Shown piece by piece: positions 45,808-54,895 of a stretch of 64,000 bases of DNA (positions are counted from its first letter, which is position 1; each line of letters starts with the position of its first letter). Source of the DNA: Candidatus Poribacteria bacterium (GTDB taxonomy: Bacteria; Poribacteria; WGA-4E; WGA-3G); NCBI GenBank assembly GCA_965261125.1, contig CBDHCS010000007.1:254343-318342 (forward strand), given 5' to 3'. A program made the position numbers and the translations under genes. Below the pieces are notes generated by a model that saw nothing but the letters and a program-made list of their open reading frames with translations, searched no databases and was not told the DNA's origin.

Positions 45808-47379
45808 ATGGTTGAATTTTACGATACAACACTCAGGGACGGTAGCCAAGCCGAGGGCGTAGCATTCTCGGTTGAAGATAAACTTATCATCATAGAAGTG
45901 TTGGATGAATTGGGTATCCGCTATATTGAAGGTGGCTACCCTGGTTCTAATCCGAAAGATATAGAGTTCTTCAAACGAGCGAAAGACATGGCGTTAAAAA
46001 CGGCAGCAATTGTGCCTTTCGGCAGTACACGCTATCCTACTTATGCTCCCGATGCTGATCCCAATTTGTCTGCTTTGCTTGATACAGGTGCAAGAACTGT
46101 TACGATTTTTGGTAAAAGTTGGCGGCTTCATGCAACAGATGTGTTACGTGTAACAGCAAATGAGAACTTAGAATTAATTGAGAGTTCTGTTAAATATCTT
46201 GTCGAAAATGGGCGTGAAGTGATTTACGATGCAGAACACTTTTTTGATGGTTATGCTGACGATTTGGAATATGCAGTTGAGACGCTTCGTGCGGCGGCTG
46301 CAGGTGGTGCGAAATGTCTTGTTCTTTGTGATACTAACGGCGGTCGGTTGCCTTTAGAAATTCAGCAAGGCATCAAAGCAGCAATGTCCGCGCTGCCTTT
46401 ACCTATCGGTATCCATGCACATAACGACGCAGGTATGGGGGCAGCGAACTCTGTGTTAGCTGTTCAAGCTGGTGCAAACCATGTGCAAGGAACATTCAAC
46501 GGCTATGGTGAGCGGTGTGGAAATGCTAATCTCGCCGCTATCATTCCTACAATTCAGTTAAAGTTAGGTATTGCGTGTATCAGCGATACGCAGCTGCAAG
46601 AAATTACCAGGGTATCTCGGTTAATCAGTGAGTTGGCAAATCTGCCGCATGATGAACGTCAACCTTATGTTGGGCGTTCCGCTTTTGCGCACAAAGGTGG
46701 CTTACACACCGATGCCATCCGTAAGAACCGCTTTACTTATGAACATATTGAACCAGAAAAGGTCGGCAATACACAGCGGATCCTTGTCTCCGACCAAGCA
46801 GGTCGGGGCACCATCATGAAAAAAATTGAGAAGGAATATCCCAATTACGATAAAAACTCACCACAAGTGCTTGAGCTTTTCAATCGCGTCAAAGAAGCCG
46901 AGAGTGAAGGGTATCAGTATGAAGCCGCTGAAGCATCTTTTGAACTCTTGACGCGCAAAGTCTTTAATGGGTATGAATCCTTTTTTGAACGACTCGGTTT
47001 TCGTGTCATTATTGAGAAGTTCACTGACCATACTATGCGTTCAGAGGCAACAGTAAAGGTCACTACACCCGATGGTGCCACAACCCACACCGCGGCGGAT
47101 GGAGACGGACCTGTCAACGCTCTGGATACCGCACTCAGAAAGGCGCTTGAACAGTTCTATCCAGTCTTACAGACAGTCAGATTGATAGATTACAAAGTTC
47201 GGGTATTAGATACCAAAGCAGGAACCGGTTCAAAAGTGCGTGTGCTTATTGAGGCGAGTGATGGTGAAATGAGTTGGGGAACCGTCGGAGTTTCAGAAAA
47301 CATCATATCCGCAAGTTACGAAGCACTCATTGATAGTTTTGAATACAAATTGTATAAAGAAGAAGATTCGATCAAGTAA
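45808..47379 (+). CDS. cimA: Citramalate synthase / 2-isopropylmalate synthase family enzyme with a LeuA-dimer regulatory domain
   Basis: MVEFYDTTLRDGSQAEGVAFS..., HAHNDAGMGAANS, GERCGNANL. The C-terminal ACT-like LeuA_dimer region and the ~520 aa length fit CimA-type enzymes. CimA and LeuA cannot be separated by eye. Confidence 0.8.
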   Translation: MVEFYDTTLRDGSQAEGVAFSVEDKLIIIEVLDELGIRYIEGGYPGSNPKDIEFFKRAKDMALKTAAIVPFGSTRYPTYAPDADPNLSALLDTGARTVTIFGKSWRLHATDVLRVTANENLELIESSVKYLVENGREVIYDAEHFFDGYADDLEYAVETLRAAAAGGAKCLVLCDTNGGRLPLEIQQGIKAAMSALPLPIGIHAHNDAGMGAANSVLAVQAGANHVQGTFNGYGERCGNANLAAIIPTIQLKLGIACISDTQLQEITRVSRLISELANLPHDERQPYVGRSAFAHKGGLHTDAIRKNRFTYEHIEPEKVGNTQRILVSDQAGRGTIMKKIEKEYPNYDKNSPQVLELFNRVKEAESEGYQYEAAEASFELLTRKVFNGYESFFERLGFRVIIEKFTDHTMRSEATVKVTTPDGATTHTAADGDGPVNALDTALRKALEQFYPVLQTVRLIDYKVRVLDTKAGTGSKVRVLIEASDGEMSWGTVGVSENIISASYEALIDSFEYKLYKEEDSIK

Positions 47380-47413
47380 GTCCAACCGACTGGTTAACAA
47401 CTCAAAATTTTCT

Positions 47414-47456
47414 TTGACATTAACTTATATAAATGTTATACTAATAATAACATTTA
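47414..47456 (+). promoter_or_regulatory. Sigma70-like promoter overlapped by a perfect 11-bp inverted repeat (candidate operator)
   Basis: TTGACA (47414-47419), a 17-nt spacer, TATACT (47437-47442). The inverted repeat ataaatgttat (47428-47438) / ataacatttat (47446-47456) brackets the -10 element. Confidence 0.5.
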
Positions 47457-47469
47457 TTGGAGGTATGAC

Positions 47470-48033
47470 ATGGGAAATTTAGATCAAATTGAGAAAGCAG
47501 CGCAGAAACTCATCGCGTTGTGTCAAAAAGAAAAACCGACAAAGACCGATAAGCAAAAGATGTTAGTGCTAAACGCCGACATCCTTTCTGGTATTGAAAA
47601 CCTTACGGAATGTGAACTCTGTGGAGCAATCAGTGAAGTGATCGTAACAATGACATTGGTTGATATAACGGCGAAATTGTGCAAGGAGTGTGGTTTTAAA
47701 GCGTTGGACGCAGGAAAAATTCAGAAGACGACACCTCGCAAACGTACTCGCACTGTGAAAACTCGGAATACTGATTCAAAGAAGACGACATCAAAACCTA
47801 ATAAAATCCCTCAAGAACCAGAGTCCCCTGCGGCATTGCATACTCGTGTGGAAGAACAGACTGGGATTAAGAAAACTGATGTTAAACGTTTACACAAAAT
47901 CGTGCAGGAAATTGCAACGCCCATGAGTTTGGCAAACACCTTGACTTACGTAAAACGCGAGGTAGAAAACGCTAAACTAAAGGTGGATGGAGAAGCGTTG
48001 GAAAAAGCAGTAGAAATCTTGATGGCTGCTTAA
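47470..48033 (+). CDS. Hypothetical protein with a CxxC...CxxC zinc-ribbon-like motif and a basic linker
   Basis: GGAGG RBS. CELCGA...CKECGF. A Lys/Arg/Thr-rich segment (TTPRKRTRTVKTRNTDSKKTTSKPNK). Confidence 0.55.
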   Translation: MGNLDQIEKAAQKLIALCQKEKPTKTDKQKMLVLNADILSGIENLTECELCGAISEVIVTMTLVDITAKLCKECGFKALDAGKIQKTTPRKRTRTVKTRNTDSKKTTSKPNKIPQEPESPAALHTRVEEQTGIKKTDVKRLHKIVQEIATPMSLANTLTYVKREVENAKLKVDGEALEKAVEILMAA

Positions 48034-48064
48034 GAAATAAGGAAAAACCGATGTTTGTTAAAAC

Positions 48065-48538
48065 GTGATTAGAGCAGAGGACATTTTGAAGAAACTTGGT
48101 AGTTTCTGGCAAGCCGTTAGAGACTTTTGGAAAACGGGAAAGACAGGGACTGCCCTCTTTCTAATTTCCCTTTTTACCCTCATATACGGGTATGTCGCAC
48201 TGGATTTTGAAATCACACAAGGTTGGAAGGGGCACGTATCTGTTCAAAATGTCATGAAAGATATTTCGGCGTTTATTCCCGTTGGTGGAACATGCGTCGC
48301 AATGATAATCGGAGGTATAGATCTAACCATGTTATTATCAGACTTTATTCAAGCAAGACGTGAAAAGCAGATAGAAGCTGCCAAAGCCGAAGGTAAAATA
48401 GAAGGTAAGGCAGAAGCTTATCAGGAGATCCAAGAGTGGGATCGCCGCCGAAGGGAAGCGGAAGCGCGGGGCGAAGAATTCACAGAACCCCTGCCAACAC
48501 AACAACAGGAAATATCGCCGGAGAACTCAAAAGAATAA
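48065..48538 (+). CDS. Hypothetical membrane protein
   Basis: GTG-start ORF with two TM helices and a charged C-terminal tail. Confidence 0.45.
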   Translation: MIRAEDILKKLGSFWQAVRDFWKTGKTGTALFLISLFTLIYGYVALDFEITQGWKGHVSVQNVMKDISAFIPVGGTCVAMIIGGIDLTMLLSDFIQARREKQIEAAKAEGKIEGKAEAYQEIQEWDRRRREAEARGEEFTEPLPTQQQEISPENSKE

Positions 48539-48551
48539 CAGTATCACAAAA

Positions 48552-48574
48552 GGGCATCAGCCAAATTGATGCCC
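48552..48574. terminator. Short hairpin between convergent genes (weak terminator candidate)
   Basis: gggcatca (48552-48559) / tgatgccc (48567-48574). The U-tract is poor. Confidence 0.3.
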
Positions 48575-48712
48575 CTCTCCGTTTACAGTTCCGGGTGATC
48601 TGCATATAATATCGTGGATATTTTTTCAGTTGCTTAGAGTCGTCAGTCAAATCTGAGACTGGAGCGTGAACTCTGTTTGCGTGCTATTATAACAAATACA
48701 CTCCACTATCTG

Positions 48713-49684
48713 TTACCCAGTTGGAATATCCTTTACCCAATCACGATGTTCTTGATACCATTCAACAAGTGCAGTGATCCCTTCACGAAAAGTTACCTGT
48801 GGCCGCCATCCTAAAAGTTGCTCTGCTTTCTGGATGTTTGCCCACGTAGCGCGCACGTCGGCAGGATGGAACGGTTGATGTGATAGTTCAGCCTTCTTGC
48901 CGACAAGTTCCTCTATCAGTCTAATCGTATCAATTAACACAATCGGACTATCTGAGCCGAGGTTTATCACCGAATACCCAATTGGTTTCAGTCCTGCTAT
49001 TACGCCGCGCGCAATATCTTCAACATACGTATAATCGCGTGAGGATTGTTTTCCATCACCGTAAACGATAACCGGTTTGCCTTCACTAATCCATTGGACA
49101 AAACGGAACGCACTCATATCAGGACGACCTGCGGGTCCATAGACAGTAAAAAAACGAAATATCGTCATGTCAATATCGTAAAGATGGTGGTAGCTATGAC
49201 AGAGTGCTTCTGCCCCCTTTTTTGAGGCAGCATAGGGAGAGAGCGGTCCATCTGTGTTCGCCTCTTCACTGAATGGAAGCGGATTATTAGCACCGTATAA
49301 ACTGGAAGTAGAGGCTAATACGAATTTTTTTACTTCAGTTTCGCGACAGAGTTCCAGTAGGTTTAACGTGCCGGTGACGTTTGTATCAATGTAAACCCAC
49401 GGATCTTCAACAGATTGCCGAACACCTGCCCGTGCTGCAAGGTTAATCACAGCATCATAGTGCTTGTCAAATATCGGTTTTAACGAAGCACGATTACAAA
49501 TATCTACACGGTGGTAATGAAATTCGGGTAATGCTTGGAGTTGTGATAGTCGCCACTTTTTTACTGTCACATCATAAGCATCGTTTAAATTGTCAATACC
49601 TACTACGGTATGTCCATCTGAGATGAGGAATTCCGTGGCTTTCCACCCTATAAATCCAGCACATCCCGTGACAAGATATTTCAT
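48713..49684 (-). CDS. NAD-dependent sugar-nucleotide epimerase (UDP-glucuronate 4-epimerase-like, extended SDR)
   Basis: MKYLVTGCAGFIGWK (GxxGxxG), YAASKKGAE (YxxxK), VRATWANIQKA C-terminal pattern. Confidence 0.88.
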   Translation of the reverse strand: MKYLVTGCAGFIGWKATEFLISDGHTVVGIDNLNDAYDVTVKKWRLSQLQALPEFHYHRVDICNRASLKPIFDKHYDAVINLAARAGVRQSVEDPWVYIDTNVTGTLNLLELCRETEVKKFVLASTSSLYGANNPLPFSEEANTDGPLSPYAASKKGAEALCHSYHHLYDIDMTIFRFFTVYGPAGRPDMSAFRFVQWISEGKPVIVYGDGKQSSRDYTYVEDIARGVIAGLKPIGYSVINLGSDSPIVLIDTIRLIEELVGKKAELSHQPFHPADVRATWANIQKAEQLLGWRPQVTFREGITALVEWYQEHRDWVKDIPTG

Positions 49685-49765
49685 ACCAACCCTTTCAATT
49701 CATTCTGCTTAAACAAATTAAACAGAGTTCTTTTTCTTTTGGAGCAACTAAAAACATCCTCTACC

Positions 49766-49856
49766 TATAGCACAAACTTTAGTTTGGGTTTCCGATAAGA
49801 CGCAAACTGACAGTTTGCTCTACAGAAGTGTCCCATTAATTATAGGTTTTACTATA
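49766..49856. mobile_element. MITE family A copy (A3, shortened); its right TIR overlaps the 3' end of the methyltransferase gene
   Basis: agacgcaaactgacagtttgctctacagaagtgtcccattaattataggttttactata is near-identical to the right half of A2. Confidence 0.65.
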
Positions 49857-50795
49857 AAAAGTTGTCTTTATTCTCTCTTGTGCGCGACCTGCCATCTCAG
49901 CCTCAATCTCATACCCGATAAAATTCCTGCCTTCAAGTATCGCCGCGACTCCAGTTGATCCTGACCCCGCGAAAGAATCAAGAACGAGGGCGCGGGGTGC
50001 AGAAAAAATGCGGATGAGGTGTTGCAGTAAATCAACAGGTTTTGCGGTCATGTGTCCATATCGCTCTTTTGGTTTATTTGATGGAATGACAGTTCCCGGA
50101 AATTGAGATGTGTTGATCAAAGGGTTGTTCACGTCAATTAGTCCAGTTTCCCACTTATCCCAGTTATCAACAAAAGTTCCTTCTCTGGGGGCTTGTCCGA
50201 GAATTATCATTTCCCCTTGTGGCTTTAGTTGTGGTGTTTTCCGTCCGCCTATTTTTTGAATAAGCCGGTCTTTTTCTTTTGTTGGAATCTTTCGTTTACG
50301 GATAAAATGATCTTGTGAGAATGCTTTTGCTTGTCCTTCATATCGCCATATCAAAATGTCCCGTATTTCAAAACCCGCGTCTTCTAATGCAATAGCGGTT
50401 CTATGTGCGAGTCGGTTTTGGCTAAAAACGAGGCAAAATCCGCCGGGGCGAATAACGCGCATCCATTCTTCAGCAATAGGTGAAAGAAAACGTTGCAACT
50501 CTCGTCCCTGTTCGACAGAAAACTTCATCCCCGCTGGTAGTGAACCGATAACGCCTGGTTTCACTCGTGCATTTAACTTTCGTGTGTCCCAATCATCCCC
50601 CATGCCATCAATGAAATAGGGGGGATCTGTAAGCACAAGAGAGACAGAATTCTCATCGAGTTGTTTCATTCCAATCCGACAATCTTCATTTTCTATTATT
50701 GCGGATAAATCCTCATGAGTTGCTGGCGAACGGAATAACTTTTGCTGATATAGTGAGAATTTGTCTGGACCATCATCAATATTTTCGTTTTTCAA
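49836..50795 (-). CDS. DNA methyltransferase, beta-class N6-adenine type (DPPY)
   Basis: LVLTDPPYFI (motif IV), GHMTAKPVDLLQHLI, VLDSFAGSGSTGVAA (motif I). No endonuclease gene is adjacent. Confidence 0.85.
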   Translation of the reverse strand: MKNENIDDGPDKFSLYQQKLFRSPATHEDLSAIIENEDCRIGMKQLDENSVSLVLTDPPYFIDGMGDDWDTRKLNARVKPGVIGSLPAGMKFSVEQGRELQRFLSPIAEEWMRVIRPGGFCLVFSQNRLAHRTAIALEDAGFEIRDILIWRYEGQAKAFSQDHFIRKRKIPTKEKDRLIQKIGGRKTPQLKPQGEMIILGQAPREGTFVDNWDKWETGLIDVNNPLINTSQFPGTVIPSNKPKERYGHMTAKPVDLLQHLIRIFSAPRALVLDSFAGSGSTGVAAILEGRNFIGYEIEAEMAGRAQERIKTTFYSKTYN

Positions 50796-50951
50796 AGTGA
50801 ATATCTCTGTCAGGTAATTGTAGAGTGAACTGCCTGCTATATTTTCTCATTTACTAAATAGGAGATAGTTTATGCGAAAGTGTTAGTAAAACAAACGTGA
50901 GTTAACGAGATACGTTCTGGTTAACGCTTTGGTTTCTGCTATCTTCAAGGA

Positions 50952-51836
50952 TTACTCGCATTCATCATCTACATGGAAATCATCAAGTTGCTCTTGAAAA
51001 AGTGCCAACTCCATTTTTGCCTCTTCAAATTTTACCTCTATTTCGGTTTCAAGTTCCTGCAATCGGGTTTGCTGCTGGATTATCAAATTGTCCACCTTAT
51101 CAACTTTCTGCTTCACACTTATAATACTGTCATAATTAGCGTCTGATAGATTACAAAGTATCATTAACTTACGATAATATTTTATACCGTGGTCTAATAA
51201 GGTCAACCCACCACTGATATGTGTGAGTTCTACGCGATACCGCTCTAAGTCTGCTCCTGTTAGAAGATCGGAAAGTTTCTTTAATGCTTCGTTCAATTGG
51301 GTAAGCTGAATTTGCTTTTCGGACCAGAGTATCTTTTTCGCGATGCCATCTGGGGTATTGTCGTCAATGACTGCGGCATGATTTTTAAGATGTGCCTGAA
51401 GTTGTTTATCTAAGTTAGCTAACTCTGATCGCTGAGTCCTTACTTCTTGTCTAAAATCATCACAATAAGTCCGAATTTTAGATAATTTTCCGTGAAGTTC
51501 TTGATACTTCTGTTTCAATTTTTCTACTTTTATAATAAAAGTCGGATACTGAATCTTAAGATTCTTTGAAATTTCAAACTTGAGTTTTCGTAATTTAGTT
51601 GGATTAGGAGATGTTCTTTCCATGCTCATGAGACCGCATAAAGTTGCCATTGAACCTGAAAAGGAGAGAAGTGCTGAACCGGCAAAAAATAAGATACTTT
51701 CTGCTGCTTGAGCCAATCCCAACCATCCGATTACACCGACAAATGAACCGCTGCCTATGAGGAACATCGGAAAGGACAAATATTTTTTGATTTCATCTTT
51801 GGCTTTGGTATCCATATTTATCTCCATGTATAGCAT
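50952..51836 (-). CDS. Hypothetical membrane protein with a long C-terminal coiled coil
   Basis: 2-3 N-terminal TM helices, then heptad-like Gln/Leu/Lys-rich sequence. Confidence 0.5.
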   Translation of the reverse strand: MLYMEINMDTKAKDEIKKYLSFPMFLIGSGSFVGVIGWLGLAQAAESILFFAGSALLSFSGSMATLCGLMSMERTSPNPTKLRKLKFEISKNLKIQYPTFIIKVEKLKQKYQELHGKLSKIRTYCDDFRQEVRTQRSELANLDKQLQAHLKNHAAVIDDNTPDGIAKKILWSEKQIQLTQLNEALKKLSDLLTGADLERYRVELTHISGGLTLLDHGIKYYRKLMILCNLSDANYDSIISVKQKVDKVDNLIIQQQTRLQELETEIEVKFEEAKMELALFQEQLDDFHVDDECE

Positions 51837-51867
51837 AATATCTCAAGCCGCCAGATGCAATCGCAGC

Positions 51868-52398
51868 TTAAGGTTTTTCAATTAATAGCGTATCAATTTG
51901 TTTTTTGAGCTCTGCGTAAATTTCTGGTTTGAAATTTGCTTTGCGATGAAACACAATCTTTCCTTGCGATGAAATCAGATATAGGTTCGGTTTCTTTTTT
52001 TCTGTCCGATAACGTTGATGTACCTCCCCTTTCCAATCGAACAAGAATGTGACAGGTGGCGGACTTTTTTTTAGCCGGGACCGAATGAATCCTTTCGGTA
52101 TAAATCCGGGGACACTCCGCATGTCAGCAACAATATAAGCAGTAACCCGTTTATCTTTCTTATAGTCTTTTTGGAATGCTTCTGCCCATTTGTCATCTTC
52201 CTTCCGAATCTTCCGATTACCCATAATCAGAAAAACAAGTTTTCCACGCAGCTTCTTTAAATTGTGTTCCTTCTTTTCAGCATCTTGAAGTGTAAAAGTA
52301 GGTGCTGCATCGCCTACTTTTGGTGGTTTTTCCATTGCAAAGCTGGCAATACCTACTAATATAACGCAGATGAACAGATATGTGGTTATTCTCATCAT
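51868..52398 (-). CDS. Secreted thioredoxin-fold (redoxin/AhpC-TSA-like) protein lacking the CxxC motif
   Basis: Signal peptide. APTFTLQDAEKKEHNLKKLRGKLVFL resembles the redoxin N-terminal strand, but no Cys sits at the active-site position. Confidence 0.5.
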   Translation of the reverse strand: MMRITTYLFICVILVGIASFAMEKPPKVGDAAPTFTLQDAEKKEHNLKKLRGKLVFLIMGNRKIRKEDDKWAEAFQKDYKKDKRVTAYIVADMRSVPGFIPKGFIRSRLKKSPPPVTFLFDWKGEVHQRYRTEKKKPNLYLISSQGKIVFHRKANFKPEIYAELKKQIDTLLIEKP

Positions 52399-52539
52399 AT
52401 TTGCATTTTAGCACAAATGGTTAATAGATGTCAAGCAGTCAGGGTTATTTAGTTTTAAAAACTTTCAGTTATCAAGTTAACTGCGAGTTTAGGTTTTGAA
52501 GCAGAATGGACATAAGTTTTAGGTGCATCATTGTTTAGT

Positions 52540-52704
52540 GTCTGAACCATGATTTTCAAGATTATCAGATTTTCAGGATTTTTGAGTGTTATCCATCAAC
52601 CGCTATCCTACGTCCAAAAGCGGACGATAAACATGTTCATAGACACTAAATCCACAAAAAACCCATCTTGATAATCCGATAATCTTGAAAATCATGGTTC
52701 AGAC
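52540..52704. mobile_element. MITE family F copy (F1) with perfect 27-bp terminal inverted repeats
   Basis: gtctgaaccatgattttcaagattatc (52540-52566) is the exact reverse complement of 52678-52704. Confidence 0.8.
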
Positions 52705-52873
52705 AATAAGTGATTCAGGACGGACAATAAGTCCATTGATGTATTAACGTCTGTGATAAAATCTGCCAGGTAGTAGGTGGTATCACCATAGTGTACATTA
52801 GTAAATAGGCTTCTGGATCAATAGTTAAAGTCAAGAAGGTGTCTGCATATCTAAAATCTTATAGGTGAAATAT

Positions 52874-53119
52874 TGTAGAGCAAACTGTCAGTTTGCGGAC
52901 GAATATGCACAATCTAAATGAAGTTTAAGAAAATAAATCGGTAATTTGACGAGGTTAGGAAGAAATCAAGAAATCAACGGTATGAATGACATTTAGTCAT
53001 TCCCCGGGTATGAATGCCATTTAGGCATTCCCCGCCTCGCCAGCGGGGGAGTACACCTGTCTCGTACGGATAGAAAATTACCGAATTAATAAATTAATCT
53101 TCATACAGATTGTGCTACA
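52874..53119. repeat. Family D double-hairpin palindrome (tgtag...ctaca) interrupted by MITE B2
   Basis: tgtagagcaaactgtcagtttgc...gcacaatctaa[B2]acagattgtgctaca. The uninterrupted form is seen at 57924-57980. Confidence 0.7.
52918..53104. mobile_element. MITE family B copy (B2) carrying two tandem family C units
   Basis: atgaagtttaagaaaataaatcggtaattt ... aaattaccgaattaataaattaatcttcat. The interior has ggtatgaatgacatttagtcattcccc followed by ggtatgaatgccatttaggcattcccc. Confidence 0.75.
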
Positions 53120-53272
53120 TAAGTAGCAACTTGGGTATTTAAGTATAATGAGGTATATTGAGTCCAGTATATTTTGATAATTCTAATTAGCAAAGTTTTA
53201 GTTGAAAAACCGCATATTAATCTGATACACTGTATATACTATAGTCAAATTCACAATTACTAAAGGGGCGAT

Positions 53273-54595
53273 ATGCAACAACTTTACGATACACAAGCAC
53301 CGAATCCACCCTCTCGTGCAATTCTTGTCGGTGTAAAACTGCGCGATACCTTAATGCACGAAACAGAGGAATCGCTGCAGGAACTCCGACAACTGACTGA
53401 AACTGCAGGAATTGAAGTCGTGTGTGAGACAATTCAGGCGCGCAACGTGCCGAATCCGACCTATTTTATCGGAGAAGGTAAGGTTGAAGAGCTAAAGGAT
53501 GTGGTTGCCGAACTTGAAGCGGACGCGCTCATCTTTGACGAAGAGTTATCACCTGCCCAGACGCGAAATATCGAAAACATGCTTGATATTGCGACCGTTG
53601 ACAGAACAGGGCTTATCCTGCAGGTGTTTGCACAACGCGCATTAACCAGTGAAGCGCGCTTACAAGTCGCCTTAGCACAATTGGAATATGCGCTCCCGCG
53701 ACTCACTCGGATGTGGACACACCTTTCACGGATTGCAACCAGTGGCGGTAGCGGTAGTGGTGCCTTACGTGGTCCCGGTGAAACGCAGCTTGAAATGGAC
53801 CGTCGGTGGGTTCGCAGGCAAATTTCTCAAGTCAAAAAAGCATTAGAAACGGTTGAAAAGCGGCGACAAGTGCAACGGCAAAACCGCTCAGAAAAAATCA
53901 AAGTCTCTCTTGTAGGATATACCAACGCAGGGAAATCAACGCTTTTTAATACATTAACAGGTGAAAACGTCTTAGCAGAAGACAAACTATTTGCTACCTT
54001 AGATTCAACAACACGGCGGGTGAGTTTGCCAGAAAATCAAAACATTCTGTTGAGCGATACCGTCGGTTTTATCAAAAAATTACCGCATCAACTTGTTGCT
54101 GCATTCAAAGCAACGTTAGAAGAGGTTACAGAGGCTGACCTATTGTTGCATGTTGTTGATATTAGTCATCCAGAAGCGGAAGCACAAATCGCTGCGGTAG
54201 ATACGGTACTGCAGGAATTGGATGCGTCCGATATTCCGATGGTCATGGCGTTCAATAAAATAGACCAGCTTGAAAAGGAAGACCAACTGCATATTCTTAA
54301 AGCCCGTTACCCAGAGGCGATACCGATTTCGGCACAATGTGGAGACGGTATTGAAGTACTGATGGAGACGTTAGCACAACGTTTTGCTTCGCACAGTACA
54401 ATGATCGATCTGAGTATCCCTTATACGGAGGGAAAAGCATTAGACATGCTATATAAGCATGGGACGGTGTTAGGCACAGAATATGCCGAAGATGCTGTTC
54501 ATGTCAAGGCACGTCTGCCAAGTCGATATCTCAAATCTGTATCGCAATTTACGATTAGAGATACAGAAACCCCGCCGAATGCCGGACACGCATGA
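53273..54595 (+). CDS. hflX: GTPase HflX
   Basis: HflX N-terminal domain (YFIGEGKVEEL), GPGETQLEMDRR, G1 motif GYTNAGKSTLFN, DTVGFI, NKID. Confidence 0.92.
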   Translation: MQQLYDTQAPNPPSRAILVGVKLRDTLMHETEESLQELRQLTETAGIEVVCETIQARNVPNPTYFIGEGKVEELKDVVAELEADALIFDEELSPAQTRNIENMLDIATVDRTGLILQVFAQRALTSEARLQVALAQLEYALPRLTRMWTHLSRIATSGGSGSGALRGPGETQLEMDRRWVRRQISQVKKALETVEKRRQVQRQNRSEKIKVSLVGYTNAGKSTLFNTLTGENVLAEDKLFATLDSTTRRVSLPENQNILLSDTVGFIKKLPHQLVAAFKATLEEVTEADLLLHVVDISHPEAEAQIAAVDTVLQELDASDIPMVMAFNKIDQLEKEDQLHILKARYPEAIPISAQCGDGIEVLMETLAQRFASHSTMIDLSIPYTEGKALDMLYKHGTVLGTEYAEDAVHVKARLPSRYLKSVSQFTIRDTETPPNAGHA

Positions 54596-54631
54596 GGTGT
54601 TGATGAAGACCCATAATGGTCGCGGAATTGT

Positions 54632-54895
54632 GTGGTAATCATGGGATGGTTAAACAGTATTGAGATCGGACACGATTTGCAAATCTGTCCAGATTGTAAT
54701 CGTGAATATGAAGTGCTTGAACACTTTTTAGGAGCAACTCAAAATAAACTAACAAACTGGATTGATGCTGTATTTAACGATGCATATTATATCCAACTTC
54801 GGTGTCCACAATGTCTTGAAATGCGTTACTTATGTATACAAGCGTTAACATCGACACAGTTCTATACTGAAAAGGAGAAGAATAACAAAAAATGA
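54632..54895 (+). CDS. Small Cys-rich hypothetical protein
   Basis: ORF (GTG at 54632 or ATG at 54641) with CPDC...CPQC pairs. Its stop overlaps the start of the next gene. Confidence 0.4.
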   Translation: MVIMGWLNSIEIGHDLQICPDCNREYEVLEHFLGATQNKLTNWIDAVFNDAYYIQLRCPQCLEMRYLCIQALTSTQFYTEKEKNNKK

